A DNA stretch of 64,000 bases from Amoebidium appalachense (GCA_963693365.1 CAVNZM010000005.1:6021167-6085166); one strand, 5' to 3'. Counted from the stretch's first letter, positions 49,322-64,000 are shown. Notes: generated by a model from the sequence alone, not told the origin. A program made the numbers and translations.

Positions 49322-50266
49322 GGGTAAGAATGTGAAACAGAGTAGGAACTAACTGTAGGGTGGCAAGCCGAAAGAATAGCACGGAGGCTTACGGGTTTAA
49401 AATGATGCCATGGTTTCACAGACATTGTTTTTATTTTCCAGGCCTTTTTTGGATCTACATTAATATTTACAGGAATCGCAGGCTGTGCGGCAGGTTCGAT
49501 CATCGCCATATCAAAGTTAAAAACGCTTGCGAGGGCAACATTCATTCTTCACTCTTCTTCATTCACGTCACCTAACGCAAACGCAAAAAAAGGGCAACAC
49601 GAAGCCGTTTTTTTTTTTTTTTGGCAAAAAGGACACGCAAAAAGAATATAACGTAACCAAATTTAAAGACCATTCTTCAGGAAAGTCATTAGCAACATCA
49701 AATGTTGAGCGTAAAGGGAGCGAAGGAGGGAAACACGGTACCAGCCAGAATATCGTTTGCGAAAGCTGACATGTAGCAAATATAGAACACAAAAGACGTG
49801 TTTTTTTTTTGTTTTCTTTTTTTTTGGGGGGGGGGGGGTTCTGACCCCTCTTCGTTGAACCCTGATGCCTGCTTGTATGTGAGCTCTTGCACTTCTTTGG
49901 AGGGAAGGTGGAGGGCATCAACACCACCAGCACCCATAGCCATGACCTGGGCCGTGCAGCACTGCATATGTGTACGTGTGTACGTGTACGGGTGTACGGG
50001 TGTACGTGTGTACGTGTATGCCCGTGCAGAGGGGTGTCGGTGTACGTGTGTGTGTACGTGTGTGTGTACGTGTGCATGCGCGGGTGTGTCGTGTGTAGCA
50101 GTGTGTGCGAGTGTTTGTACGTGTGTGAAGAAGTGCGTATTTGTGTAAGTATACGTGTACAACTCATGTACGCGTGTGTACATCAAGCGCAACCGCGTAC
50201 GAGCGTCTGTGTGTGCCTGTACGTGTGCACGTATGTACATTTTGTGCATATACGTTTGTACGTGTG

Positions 50267-50301
<35 letters not shown>

Positions 50302-50513
50302 CTGCCAACAGAATATGAGCCCTGGCACCCCACACCCACCTTTGAAACGAAGTACATGGCCATCAGCGCCTCTTGGATAGTTTTCCCGAGAGTCAACATG
50401 CCGTGGTTGCGCAAAACGAGCACCTGCCATATATAGAAGGTGTGAGTGGGTCAATGACGCCAACAGCGGTAGGTAATGTGCCCGATAACAGGGTTCGAAA
50501 AGGGATAGGGGTA

Positions 50514-50568
<55 letters not shown>

Positions 50569-50887
50569 GGGGAGAGGGGGGGACGGGGAGGCCGGGGGAG
50601 GGGGGGGACTGAAAACGCGGTTACATGAATAGGGGCAGGAATTTGGGTGTGTGTGTGTATGGGGGGGGGGGGGGGGGGGGAGAAGGAAGGGGATAGATGG
50701 TTCTTTAGGTGCTTCCACAAGATAAGGAATGTGAGAAATGAGACGAAAAAGGGGGGGTTTTGAGGGTCTTAGGGGGTTAGTCTGAGGGACTGCTACAGGT
50801 AGGGGGGCCGAGAGAGGGGGGGAAAGGGGGGAGGGGGGAGGGGGGAGGTGGAAGATTTTCAGAAGAAGAGTCCCTCCCCCCCCCCCC

Positions 50888-50918
<31 letters not shown>

Positions 50919-51191
50919 ACACGCACACACACACACTTACACGAAACACAAACACAGTTTCTTTCTTTCTCATTTCAGTCTAGTGGCGTATGGCCGTCTA
51001 TTTCCCCCCCCTCTCCCTCTCGTTTCCTTTCTTCTCCGACCCAGTCCCCCTCCACCCTCCCAACATAAACAAGTACACATACATCAGGTCCTACTTATTA
51101 TTCTCCCCCCCCCCCCCCCCCCCCCCTCCCCCCGCCCCACAACACACACACACACACACACACACCACCACCACCACCACCAACACACACA

Positions 51192-51225
<34 letters not shown>

Positions 51226-51927
51226 GAAAGAAAGAAAGAAAAAGTTGGGGGAGGGAAAACTAAACAACGAAAAAACCTTATCCATTACACTTTTAACTAA
51301 ATATAAACGGAATACACGAAAGGGCGAGCGATCAGCCAAAAAAGGCTAAAAGGGAAGGCACCCTATTGGTGGGGCCCAGGTCCCTCTGCAGGCTGGTGAA
51401 CTCCTCCTTGGTCATGGCAAGGCCCCCGTAGTCGTGGTAGGACACGGGCCCAAACAGCATGCTGTGATTGGTTGCTTAGTTTTAAACTATATTTTTTATA
51501 GTTTTTAAATGTCTTCAATGGGCCTAAACAGCATGCTATGATTGGTTCGTTAGCTCAAGCGATGCTTGTTACATAACTTTTAACGTTTTTTTATTTTAAG
51601 ATTTCATAGTCGTGGTAGGACGAGGGGCCAAACAGCATGTTGTGATTGGCTCGTTAGCTTAAGCAATTGTTTGTTATTTGTTAATTTTTAACGTTTTTTT
51701 AATAGATTTTCCCCGTAGTCGTGTGGTAGGACGAGGGCCCAAGCAGCATGCTGTGATTGGCTCGTTTGCTTTTAAGCCATGATGTGATTGGTTTGTTAGT
51801 TTTAATCCTTTTTCGTCGAGTTTTTTGGGCTTTGTGTGAACGTTATAGTTATTGTATTCTGACTTGTGAAGAGAATGGACATACCTTCTGACCCTCCCCC
51901 CCCCCCCCCCCCTCCCCCCCCACCCCC

Positions 51928-51972
<45 letters not shown>

Positions 51973-52265
51973 AAAAAAAAAAAAAAAACCGAAACCACCA
52001 CCACCGCAGGGGGTAGGCAAGAGGGTGGAAATGGACGCACGGGGGGGGGGGGGGGGGGGGGGAGGGGGGGGGGGGGGGGGGGGATTGTGTAGCAGGAGAT
52101 AGGACACAAAGAATATAGAAGAGACGTGTGTGTAGGGCAGAGGGGTGGCAAGAGGCAGGAACTAAAGATGTGTTACAGAGTGTGAAATGCACATTCACGA
52201 CATACAGCGCTATGCAGATTTTGGAAAGCACACACAAACAGTATTGCATCACACGCAAAGTCGAT

Positions 52266-52308
<43 letters not shown>

Positions 52309-52563
52309 TATTTGAGGGGGGAGGGGGGGTTGGTGTGTGTGTGTGTGTTGGGGGGGGGGGGGGGGGGGGGGGGGGGGCAAAATCATCCTCTGTACTCGAG
52401 ATTCAAACCCATTCACCTCGTCAACGAAACCAGGGGGAAAGGAGGAGGGGGGGGGGGGGGGGAGGGGGGGCTGCACCTGTCTTGTGTCATTGGGAGGAGG
52501 CCACATTTCATAGAGGCCACGGCCATAGCAGGGGGGTCGTGGGTGTGCAATACAGCATGGGCA

Positions 52564-52596
<33 letters not shown>

Positions 52597-52951
52597 TATA
52601 CATATACCTGAGTGAGCGTTCTAAAAGGTGAATGAATGTTTGTGTGTGTGTGTGTGTGTGCATGTGGTTTCACACGTCTGAAGATTCTGCCATACTAAGA
52701 GAATGAAGAATAGTTCATGATACTTCTCCCCCCCCCCCCCCCCCCCTCCCCACACACACACATGAAAGCAACTCTATATATATATGTTGAACTCTCCCAT
52801 ACCTGTTATGCTACTCTGATGGAGTGAGGGTAGGCTTGTGTGGTGAGGGAACGAAAAAAACAAAAAACAAAACTGGAGAGCTCAAAAAGGGAGCCGTTGG
52901 TAGTTTGAGGGTGTGTGTGCGTGTATGTGTGTGTGTGGTGGGGGGGGAGGT

Positions 52952-52982
<31 letters not shown>

Positions 52983-54173
52983 GGGAGGAGGAAGGGGAGG
53001 GGGGAAGGGGGAAGGGAGAAGGGCAAGGGGGGAAGGGGGGGGGGGGGGGGGGGGGGGGGGGGCTTCGGGTGAACATGCATTAACAAAGATGTTCAACCAT
53101 CAACAGAATTTAAATGCATGGGTTGAGGTGGATGGGGAGGAAAAACAATGAGAAACGATGTGTCGGGCCGAAACACAGATGGGGCAGGGAAAGGGGCGGG
53201 TGTGTGTGTGTGTGTGTGTGAGGGGGGGGGGGGGGGGGGGGGGAGATTGAACAAGAGGGGGGAGTTAGAATGCGTTGGAGAATAAAAAGTAAGTACGTTA
53301 CGGACTGACCACACTATGCACATGCTGCAAACAAGAGCACACACAGAGAAAATGCGATATCGCGGGGGTGGGCACCCGGGCGGGGGGGCGAGGGGGGAAG
53401 GGGGAGGGGGGGGGGGGGGGGGGGGGAGGGGGGGAACAAAACCCTCTCTTGCCTTCTGCACGGCACCGTACACAATGAACCCCACCTCATTTTACACAGA
53501 TGTGTTAAGCAAATAAAGAGCATACACACAGAGAATGCAATTTAATTTATACCTTCTCTTGCCTCGTGCACTGCACCATGCACAATGAACCCCGCCTTAT
53601 TTACAACCCCTGTCTGGGTGCCCTTATCCACAACATTCCCCTGCGCATCCACAACCACAAGACCACTGGCCGTAATCTCATCGTAGCCAATACCTGCATG
53701 TGTATGCGTGTGTGTGTACGTGTGTGTATGTGTGTGTTACACTATGCTTTTGCAGGCGGGGTTTTTTGTAACAGTTGTTGGGTTGTGGAGAGGAAGTGAG
53801 GGTATAGGGGTGAGGATGTGATAAGGTCTTGATTCCCTCTAGGAGCATTCATGGTGTGTGGCCCAGGCATATCAAGTTTGTTTTTGTTCGCTGCTGTGCG
53901 TGCACGTGGACTTTCGGCTTGTGTGTGTGTGTGTGTGTGTTTCTTTATGTCTGTGTTGGGGGGTGGGGTGGGGGGTAGACCAGAGGTACGTAGCATAAAG
54001 AACACCGACAGACAGTAAAGAGAAAGGCACAATACTTGTCATACGCGGACCAACACACTATGTAAAAAAACCCCGTTGTCGGAGTGGGATGGCAGGGATT
54101 GGGGCTGGGCGGGAAATGTTGGAAGGGGGGAGAAGGGCGTGGGGTGGGGTGGAGGTGTGTGTGTGTGTGTGTG

Positions 54174-54209
<36 letters not shown>

Positions 54210-54957
54210 CTAACCATATGGGTTGAGGAGGAAGAGGGGCTTGCCGGGACGGGGCAGGCGGACGGAGATGTGGTTGTAGATGGTGTCACTCCAGCCAAGC
54301 ATATCCACAATACGGTAGGCCGCTGTCAGGTTGGGGGGTAGGAGTCATTTGATGAGGGTCCGACGTCTTTTGGTCGCTTTATTGGGACCCCCCTCCCTTC
54401 TCCCCCCCCCCCAAATACTAACTCCCCGAACTCGATATATTCGATGGAAGGTCGTTATGATTTAATGGCATCATGGCTTTTGTATGAAATCCTTAGGAAC
54501 AGAACTCAGCCAGAGGTTCATGATCAGCAGAAAGGCCGCAGCTGGGGGAATGAGGAGAGGAGAGGGGGAGAGGGGGGAGGGGGGGGGCGAGGGGGGGTTG
54601 TTGTTGGTAAACTTGTAGCCACTGGGGATAGATGGGATACTGCTGAACGCCCAGACAACGAAGCTGGTGTTTTTTAAACCCGTATGTTGCTGTGTGTAAA
54701 TGTGGGCCAGAGATGCAGCCGAGAGGCCGTAACGAACTGTGATGAACGAATGAGGGTGCATGCGCACATGCCCTAAGATACTTCCAAACCCGTTGAAAGA
54801 AATTTTACCAACTGGAGAAAACAAAACCAGGGCACCGAACCCATCAGCATTTCGCCTTGCAGAGAGCACTATCTTGTGCTGCGGGGAGGGGGAAGGGTGA
54901 AACACCTGCCAAGTCTACCCTCAGCTTCCATTCTTCCTCGTCGTACTGTGCGGACAT
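49180..54957 (-). CDS. Class II aldolase/adducin-head domain protein, copy A (253 aa, no presequence)
   Basis: Exons 54957-54906, 54322-54215, 53693-53553, 52564-52477, 51461-51362, 50423-50340, 49961-49846, 49252-49180 total 762 nt. Motifs EWKLRVDLAAAYR, GWSDTIYNHIS, FLLNPYG, EITAS, AGFIVHGAVH, LHTH, LRNHG. Confidence 0.94.
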
Positions 54958-55082
54958 TTTCACCAAGGAAACTCTTTGAAGGCAGCTAGGGAGTAGACAG
55001 GTGTAATGCTCAAAAAAATGGCTGGTGTTGAATCCTTGAAAGTGTGTGAGGTTGCAACCGTGGCAGTGGGTCACTGTTAATT

Positions 55083-55088
55083 TTTATA
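55083..55088 (-). promoter_or_regulatory. TATA box upstream of aldolase copy A
   Basis: AGTATAAAA on the minus strand ~125 nt upstream of the ATG; the same motif sits at the equivalent position in copy B. Confidence 0.5.
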
Positions 55089-55510
55089 CTGCAGCCTTGC
55101 CATAAAACAAAAAAAAAAGAGAAACGCGAACCACCCGCAGGGTTGTAACTTGTAGGGTTCACGTTTGGCTCTGATGCCCGTGGTATAAATCATTTTGTCG
55201 GATTTTTTTTTTCCTTTTTCAAAAAACCTTAATATTTCTGGTGGGGTTATATTGTATAGACTTCACATTATTAGCTAGAGTAAACTTGACTAGCTTTCCG
55301 TTACAAGCAAGGCCTCCTTATAGAAATGAAGGCCTTGGTTACAGGGCTTTAAAATACCTGATAAACAAAAAAAGCCTCTATCCAACCAGAGCCACGGACA
55401 AATTTGGAGTTTTTATCCGCACATACTATCCACGAGGCTCATTTTTTTTGCTTGTCAGAGCTTGTGAGTGCATATATAACGCACAATATTTTTCCACACG
55501 TTTTACGAGC

Positions 55511-55542
<32 letters not shown>

Positions 55543-55770
55543 TTTGGGTAATAAAGAAATCGGTTTAGAGCTTTAACAAACGTTAACCGGGAAACAGTTC
55601 GATGATTTATACAAGTATGACTACAATAAGAAATCGCTAAGACGACAACGTGAAGGCGGGCCATGCCATTATCTTATCAGCTCACATGCGTCACGTGATC
55701 ACATTCACGACTCCCAGAGTCGGAGTGTCATATGATCCTTGTTAGTTGTGCGTGTTTACATAATATAAAT

Positions 55771-55856
<86 letters not shown>

Positions 55857-55987
55857 GATGGGCCCATAAACGTGAAGAAGATACCTGCCTCCCGGGCCCG
55901 GCCCCGACTTTTTCAACCCCCCCCCCCCCCCCCCCCCCCCTCTCTCTCTCTCAGCTGCAGAGACTCTCTCACTCTCTCTCTCTCTCT

Positions 55988-56079
<92 letters not shown>

Positions 56080-56559
56080 GCTCTCCTATTATATCAGCCC
56101 GCAGCTGTAGCATCAATTCATGCATGCGCTGTGTGCACACAAGCACATTCCAGTCCTTTGGGCATCCGGGTCCACCACAGTGACACGTGGACACACACAC
56201 ACACGCACACACAAGCGCGCGCGCACACACACACATGTACAATGTACAAACAGGCACTCACACGCGTACACGCACACGCACGCACACACACACACGCACA
56301 CACGCACACACGCACATGCACGCACACACCGCGGTCTGCCACGCACACACATGCACGTGTACACGACCGCATATTCACACGGTGACCCGCCAAATACAAG
56401 GTACACGCACACACACATGAATAGCGTGGGATGAAAAAGGCCGGTCCACACATTCACACATACTATTAAACACACACACCTCACACGTCCACACCAACAG
56501 TACGCGACACAGACCGTATTACCACACATACAAACACACACACACACACCACACACACA

Positions 56560-56617
<58 letters not shown>

Positions 56618-56663
56618 CCACACACGTTGTCACATGTACACACACACACACGCACGCACGCAC

Positions 56664-56699
<36 letters not shown>

Positions 56700-56734
56700 C
56701 CACACACGTTGTCACATGTACACACACACACACG

Positions 56735-56811
<77 letters not shown>

Positions 56812-57094
56812 CCCCTCCTGCCCCGGACACACATACATACCTTTACAAGCATACACATGTACAACCACATGTGCACACCCACCCACGCCTCAGTTACAAG
56901 CACACGTACACACACGAGTAATTACACGCCTCTCTTCTGAATTCACCCACATCATTTCCCAGCTGACACGTTAATAACCCCATGCCCATGCAATTTACCC
57001 ATTTTTATCATGTTTTATATACAGGTACATCTGGACATGCATACAGCCAGCATATGTTTAAGACATCTGATTCAGAACCTACGGCTGCATGAAC

Positions 57095-57132
<38 letters not shown>

Positions 57133-57726
57133 ACCCACCCACCCACACACAAATTTACTCGGTAACGCCGCAAATTGATTCGTGGTACCGGCGCTGAGGG
57201 AGAGGAGCAAAGGAGACGCCCAAAAGGCAAAAGAATAGGAACGAACTAGGCTCAGGACTTCAGCTGAACAGCCGAATCCTGTGCACTTACAGCCGCGACA
57301 CAAACGAACGATATATCGTGGCCACAAAATGACAGAAGGTCATAGGTACCCCCCCCTCCCCCCCCCCTCCCAAAAAAAAAAAAAAACCACAACAACAAAA
57401 TATAAAAATAAAATAAAATATAAAAAAAAGAAAGAAAGAAAAGAAAAGAAAGAAAGAAAGAAAGAAAGAAGGAGGGAAAAAAAGGATAAACAGAAAACTT
57501 CTACAGATTGACTAATGTATCCGGTTTATGGGAGAAGATGCCTCGACACATTGACTTCCTCTTCTGCCTGTAGAGATCAATTCAGTAAGTTGGTGTCGTA
57601 GGTATAACAAATCAGCGTGATTGGTCTATAACGAAATTATTCTTTTGAAAGGCTATGGGCTTCGGGAGGGTATTGGAAGATTGCAAACCATAGCATGAGG
57701 TGTTTGTGCAATGCCTTGCACGTGTT

Positions 57727-57799
<73 letters not shown>

Positions 57800-57941
57800 A
57801 CGTACACACCACGTGAGATATAATGAATTTCAATCCTAATGCCAGTAGAAGTAGCTCATAATTGAGAGCGGACGAAGGTTCGGGTATGTGTGCGTGCACA
57901 TGGGCATGTTATTTTCAGTGTGCGCATTTATGAACGTGTTC

Positions 57942-57973
<32 letters not shown>

Positions 57974-57982
57974 GTGCGCGTT

Positions 57983-58064
<82 letters not shown>

Positions 58065-58075
58065 CGGCACCCACC

Positions 58076-58622
58076 TTAATTCATGTATGAAGTGTCACCC
58101 CTCTTGTCGAGTTTACGCCTCAGATAGTTGAACTCCAGCTGACCCATTCTGCAATGAAATTAATCATTAAAAATTAGAATGCTTTAGATTAAAAATACAA
58201 TACAATTTAACTAAACGGGGAGGAGGGAGGAGAGGGGGAGCCGGGGGGGGGAGAGGGGGGGGGGGGGGGGGGGAGCAAAGAATGTGTAAGAGAATACCAA
58301 GTGCACATTCAAGACGGGCAACATGATGAGGAATTTGCAAAGCATACACAAAGAGAATAATGTACCATATGTAGAGACCATTATAGAAGGGGGCCCAAAT
58401 TACGTACAACATCAAATCATGTGAGTGTTCAGGGAGGAAGGGAGGGAAACACAGGGCACCTGAACGGGTAACTGCGGGTTGCAAAAGAACCCATATAAGT
58501 ATGCAACACACGTAACATAACTTTTGACGTAGCGTTGGGTGGTGGTGGTGGTGGTGGTGATTTAGAACGTGTTATATACATAGGTGGTGGTAGCGGTGGT
58601 GGTGGTGGTGGTGGTGGTGTGT

Positions 58623-58653
<31 letters not shown>

Positions 58654-58938
58654 GGGGGGGGGGAGGGGGGCCCGGGGGGGGGGGAGGGAGGAACTCTGAC
58701 CCCTGTTCGTTGAACCCTGATGCCTGCTTGTATGTGAGCTCTTGCACTTCTTTGGAGGGAAGGTGGAGGGCATCAACACCACCAGCACCCATAGCCATCA
58801 CCTGGGCCGTGCAGCACTGCATATGTGTACGTGTGTACGTGTACGTGTATGTGTATGCCCGTGTAGAGGGGTGTCGGTGTACGTGTGTGTGTACGTGTGT
58901 GTGTACGTGTGTGTGTGTGTACGTGTGTGTGTGTGTAC

Positions 58939-59033
<95 letters not shown>

Positions 59034-59521
59034 AGAAGTGCGCTTGTTAGACTACCATTGTTTTCCCTTTTTGTGCGTGTTCCTCAGCAAAGAAAGCAAA
59101 AAAGAAGGGTGGGTGGGGGGGTCAATCAGTAAACAGCACACATATGGCCTTTCGGGCAATGAAAACCACAATGATTTCATGTAAGTCAAAGGAAGCTAAA
59201 ACGTGCAGCCACACGCACACAAAGGCACAAGCCACACACCAACACAAGCACATCACACACACACACTCACGTACACGGCACACCAAACACACGTACACGT
59301 GCACACGTGCATGTGGTGTCCTCGTGTTTTTGTGTGTGTGCGTGTGTGTGTGCATGTGTCTGTGTTGTGTCTGTATGTGTGTGTGTGTGTGTGTGTGCAT
59401 GTGTCTGTGTTGTGTCTGTATGTGTGTGTGTGTGTGTGTGTGCATGTGTCTGTGTTGTGTCTGTATGTGTGTGTGTGTGTGTGTGGATGTGCGGGGAGGA
59501 GAGGAGGGGGTGTTTGTCCGT

Positions 59522-59601
<80 letters not shown>

Positions 59602-60669
59602 TGTTTGTGTGGGTGAAGAAAGCGAACATTAATATTAGCGCCCGATGCCCACCTTCGATACGTAGTACATGGCCAGCAGCGCCTCTTGGATGGTTTTCCC
59701 TAGAGTCAGCATCCCGTGGTTGCGCAAAACGAGCACCTGCCGTATATGGAAATGTGAGTGGGTCAATGACGCTAACACCGGTAATGTGCCCGGTAACATG
59801 GGTGGGAGAGGGAATCACGGTGGATTTTGTGCGTGGAAAGGGTGATGGGGGAGCGGTGAGGGGAATGGTCTAAACTTTGGTTTCGAAGGAAGGATAAGGG
59901 AGGGACAAGGGGGGGGGGGGGGGGGGGGTGATTATCTCTGTTCCACAACATGTAACAAAGTGAGAATGGAATGGAAGAGATTGTTTGTGGGAAAATTTAG
60001 AGCTGGAATAAAGGATAGGAGAGAGGGCGTTAAGGAAGGCACCGAATTAGGGGCTTTTCCACCTTTAACACCCCCTCCCCCCCCCCCCCCCCCCCCCTTC
60101 CCCCCCTACATACACAAACGGAGCGTAACCAAAAAAGGCTAAAAGGGAATGTACCTTATTGGTGGGGCCCAGGTCCCTCTGCAGGCTGGTGAACTCGTCC
60201 TTGGTCATGGCAATGCCCCCGTAGTCGTGATAGGACACGGGCCCAAACAGCATACTGTAATTGGTTGGTTAATTTAAAATCATTTCCTCATAGTTTCTTT
60301 CTTTTATAATGTTCTAAATGGGCCCAAATAGCATGCTGTGATCGGTTTCTTAGTTTTAATCCATTTCCTTATGGCTTTTTTTTTATAAAAACGGTTTCTA
60401 ATGGGCCAAAACAGGATGCTGTGATTGGATCGTTATTATCAAACCATAGGTTTTCAGCTTTTTAGTGTTTTGTTTTGGCAGAGAACCCCCCATAATCGCG
60501 GTAGGGCACGAGCCCAAACAGCATGCAGTGATTGGTACGTTACCATTAAACCATTGTCTTTTTAGATTTTGTTTAAATTTTTTTTTGGGCGTTCTAATTG
60601 ATGTTATTGATTTGTTTGAAGAATGTGCATGCCTTGTGACCTCCCCCCCCCCCCTCCCCCCCCCCCCCC

Positions 60670-60733
<64 letters not shown>

Positions 60734-61132
60734 CCAACCTACACCCCACCACCACCAACACCACAAGGGTGGGTGAGCTGGCAGCCAGGAGTGCAGGGGT
60801 GGAGGGTGGGTGGTGATAGAGCGGGTAGGGGAATTGTGTGGCAGGAAATGTATCGCAAAGAAAAGAGACGGGACGAGCGTGTAGGGCAGGGGCAGTGTGT
60901 GTGTATATGTGAATGTGTGTGTGTGTGCTTGTGTGTTTGTGTGTGTGTGTGTGTGTTTCTGTGTTTGTGTGTCAGGGGGAGGAAGGGAAGGGGGGGGGGG
61001 GGAAGGAGGGGGGAGGGGGGGGGGGGGGAGGGAAGGGGGCTGCACCTGTCTTGTGTCATTGGGAGGAGGCCACACTTCATAGAGGCCACGGCCATAGCAG
61101 GGGGGTCGTGGGTGTGCATAACAGCATGGGCA

Positions 61133-61217
<85 letters not shown>

Positions 61218-61462
61218 GTGCCTGTTTACGTGTGCATGTGTGCCTGTGTGTGTGTGTCTCTTTCTCTCTTTGCGTGTGTATGTGCGTGCATGCACAAGCA
61301 GACCGAGTGTGTTCGTATGTGTGTGTGGTTGTCGGTGCGTGTTATTGCCGTGTGCATGTACACGTGTCAGTGTTTGAACAGGTGAATGCAATTTTGTGTG
61401 GTTTCACATGTCTGAAGATTCTGCCATACCAAGGGAGAGAAGTCTCATTTAGAATGCTCGTA

Positions 61463-61507
<45 letters not shown>

Positions 61508-61818
61508 CTCCCCCCCCTCCCCCCGGAAAAAAATAAAATAAAAAAGAACTTGATTCGTGCACGGCACCATACACCATGAACCCCGTGTTATTTACACAGA
61601 TGTGTTGCAAAAACAACTGCACACGCACAGAGCAGTAAGCAATTTCGGACGGGGTGGTGGTGGTGGGGGGGTTCAATACCTTCTCTTGCCTCGTGCACTG
61701 CACCATGCACAATGAACCCCGCCTTATTTACAACCCCTGTCTGGGTGCCCTTGTCCACAACATTCCCCTGCGCATCCACAACCACAAGACCACTGGCCGT
61801 AATCTCATCGTAGCCCAT

Positions 61819-61907
<89 letters not shown>

Positions 61908-62126
61908 TGTGTGTGTCACGGTGTGGTTTTGCAGGGGGGTTGTTGGTAGCGGTGATTGGGGTGTGGCGGGGAGGGATGGGGGATGGGTGGAGGAGGGTGG
62001 GGAGCGGGGGGAAGGGGGGGATGGAGATGGGAAAAGGTCTTAGTTTCTTTTGCGAGTCCCCCCTGTGTTACCGAGACGGGTCGGTTTTATTTTTGTCAAG
62101 AGGTGTGTTTAGGCAAACTTTTCTGT

Positions 62127-62171
<45 letters not shown>

Positions 62172-62670
62172 GTAGCAGTACACAGCATAAAGTACACTGA
62201 CACACAGTATATAGCAAAGCAGAGAACTTGAGATGCACCCACCAACACACAAAAAGAGTCATCGTATGGGCAGACCCACGCATGAGCATGGGGATGGTAG
62301 ACGGACCACTTGGTGGGGAAGGGAGAAAGGGGGTGAGAAAGTGGGGGGGGGGGGGGGGGAAGGAGAGGGGGGGGGGGGGGGGGGGCGGGGAGACGGGGAA
62401 GGGGGAGAGCGGGGGAGGAGTAGGGAACACGGGGAGGGGAGGGGGGGGGGAGAGGGAAGAGGGGGGGGGGGGGGAGAGGAGAGGAGCAGGGGGGACTTAC
62501 TATATGGGTTGAGGAGAAAGAGGGGCTTGCCGGGACGGGGCAGGCGGACGGAGATGTGGTTGTAGATGGTGTCATTCCAGCCAAGCATGTCCACAATACG
62601 GTAGCACGCTGCAACGGTGTGGATTAGTCGACGGGCTCGAGATCTTCTGATGTTTACTAAGTTTATGTAG

Positions 62671-62742
<72 letters not shown>

Positions 62743-62876
62743 AAAACCCCCTCCCCCCCCTCCCCCCTTCCACCATCCCTCCACCACCTTTCTTGAAACA
62801 GAAAAGGCCGATGAAGGTAATGAAGCCCTTACATCCCACCAACATCGTAGCATGGCACAAGAAAAAGGCGTTGGGG

Positions 62877-62912
<36 letters not shown>

Positions 62913-62945
62913 GCGTGTGTGTATGTGTGTGTATGTGTATGTGTA

Positions 62946-62976
<31 letters not shown>

Positions 62977-63280
62977 ATGTGTGGTGTGTGTGTGTGGGGG
63001 GAGGGGGGGGGGGAGGGGGGGGGGGAGGCTGGCCACTGATAACGGACAGGATGCTGAAAGGGGGGTGGGGTTGGATGGGGTGGGATGGGGGGGGGGGGGG
63101 GAAGGGGGAGGAGGGGAGACGGGTAAATTCACCTGCCAGGTCTACCCTGAGCTTCCATTCTTTCTCGTCGGCACTTGGCTTGTGGTCTGCGGTGGCGGCC
63201 AAGGTGAAACGCCTGACGCCCACTGCAAGGGGAAGGCGGGAGGGGGTGACAAGGGAGCGAACGAGCCGCGGCGCGAACAT
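58076..63280 (-). CDS. Class II aldolase/adducin-head domain protein, copy B (285 aa, mitochondrial-type presequence)
   Basis: Exons 63280-63133, 62608-62501, 61820-61680, 61133-61046, 60254-60155, 59736-59653, 58816-58701, 58148-58076 total 858 nt. Exons 2-8 have the same sizes as in copy A. N-terminus MFAPRLVRSLVTPSRLPLAVGVRRFTLAA is Arg-rich and lacks acidic residues. Confidence 0.94.
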
Positions 63281-63393
63281 TTTCAACAAGGAAACTTCTG
63301 AAAAGGCAGAAGGTTGGGTGTAGATCTAGACACACACAGAGAGAGAAGGGGTTGAGTGTAGAATAATGTGTGTGTGTGTGTTGCCGGCTCGTA

Positions 63394-63399
63394 TTTATA
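63394..63399 (-). promoter_or_regulatory. TATA box upstream of aldolase copy B
   Basis: AGTATAAAT on the minus strand ~115 nt upstream of the ATG, positionally conserved with copy A. Confidence 0.5.
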
Positions 63400-64000
63400 C
63401 TAAAGCCCTAAATAACGAAACTTTTGCTGACACAAGGAAATAAGCGAAAGGCCGGAAAACTTATACTGGAAGCATAAGACGTGCTCCGATTGGCTCATGC
63501 GTTTCTCGTTTTCTGATTGGATACCAACTGAGCCACAATTTTCAACCAATAGGAACACTCAATGTTTGTAAACAAATAGCGGGGTCACGACTCAGTCTCC
63601 AGGGTGTGATATAATGAATCGATATTATAGTCATAGTGTCGTAGGGTCCGGTTGAAATAGCTGCCTGGTTTATGTTGGTTTTCTCAACTTTACGAGCGCT
63701 TTTCGCTTGAATCTTCGTTTGTGTCAATATATATATGCGATGATGCCACGTTGTTGCCTCCCAGGCTTTCAGTGGGTGTAGGCGTGTGTGTGACAGTACT
63801 GTGCCGGGTTCGGGGAACGTGCTTATATATGAAACGTGCACATGATAACAACGCATACTTTCGGCACGCCTCCCACATAGCCTGTGTGTGCATTGTACAT
63901 GCATTGAAAAGTTTTTTGAAGCTTCGTGTGTGCCAATGTATCGATGCAAGGGTTTTGTAGTGGGTGTAGGTGGATGTGTGGTTGGGGAAACGTGCACCTG

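Overview
Intron-rich eukaryotic genomic DNA, saturated with poly-C/poly-G runs and (CA)/(GT)/(CT) microsatellites; most ORFs in the supplied track are low-complexity artefacts. Lineage cannot be fixed from this window. Manual splicing recovers: the 3' part of RFC3 (+, including a GC-AG intron); a DEDDh 3'-5' exonuclease with a C-terminal Cys/His motif (-); a complete RNASEH2A (+); a disrupted TPR gene (+); a two-exon orphan (+); an S26/IMP-like protein lacking both catalytic residues (+); an orphan multi-TM protein (+); and a tandem pair of class II aldolase/adducin-head genes (-), only one of which has a mitochondrial-type presequence. The most notable signal is a dispersed ~280-nt element found almost only in introns and always sense to the host gene. 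Its ~160-nt head (5 copies) folds into a multi-stem RNA whose helices and a pseudoknot show compensatory changes between copies. Its ~100-nt tail (many 5'-truncated copies) ends in CATTC(T/A)AAC plus poly-C. I cannot assign this element to any RNA family I know.
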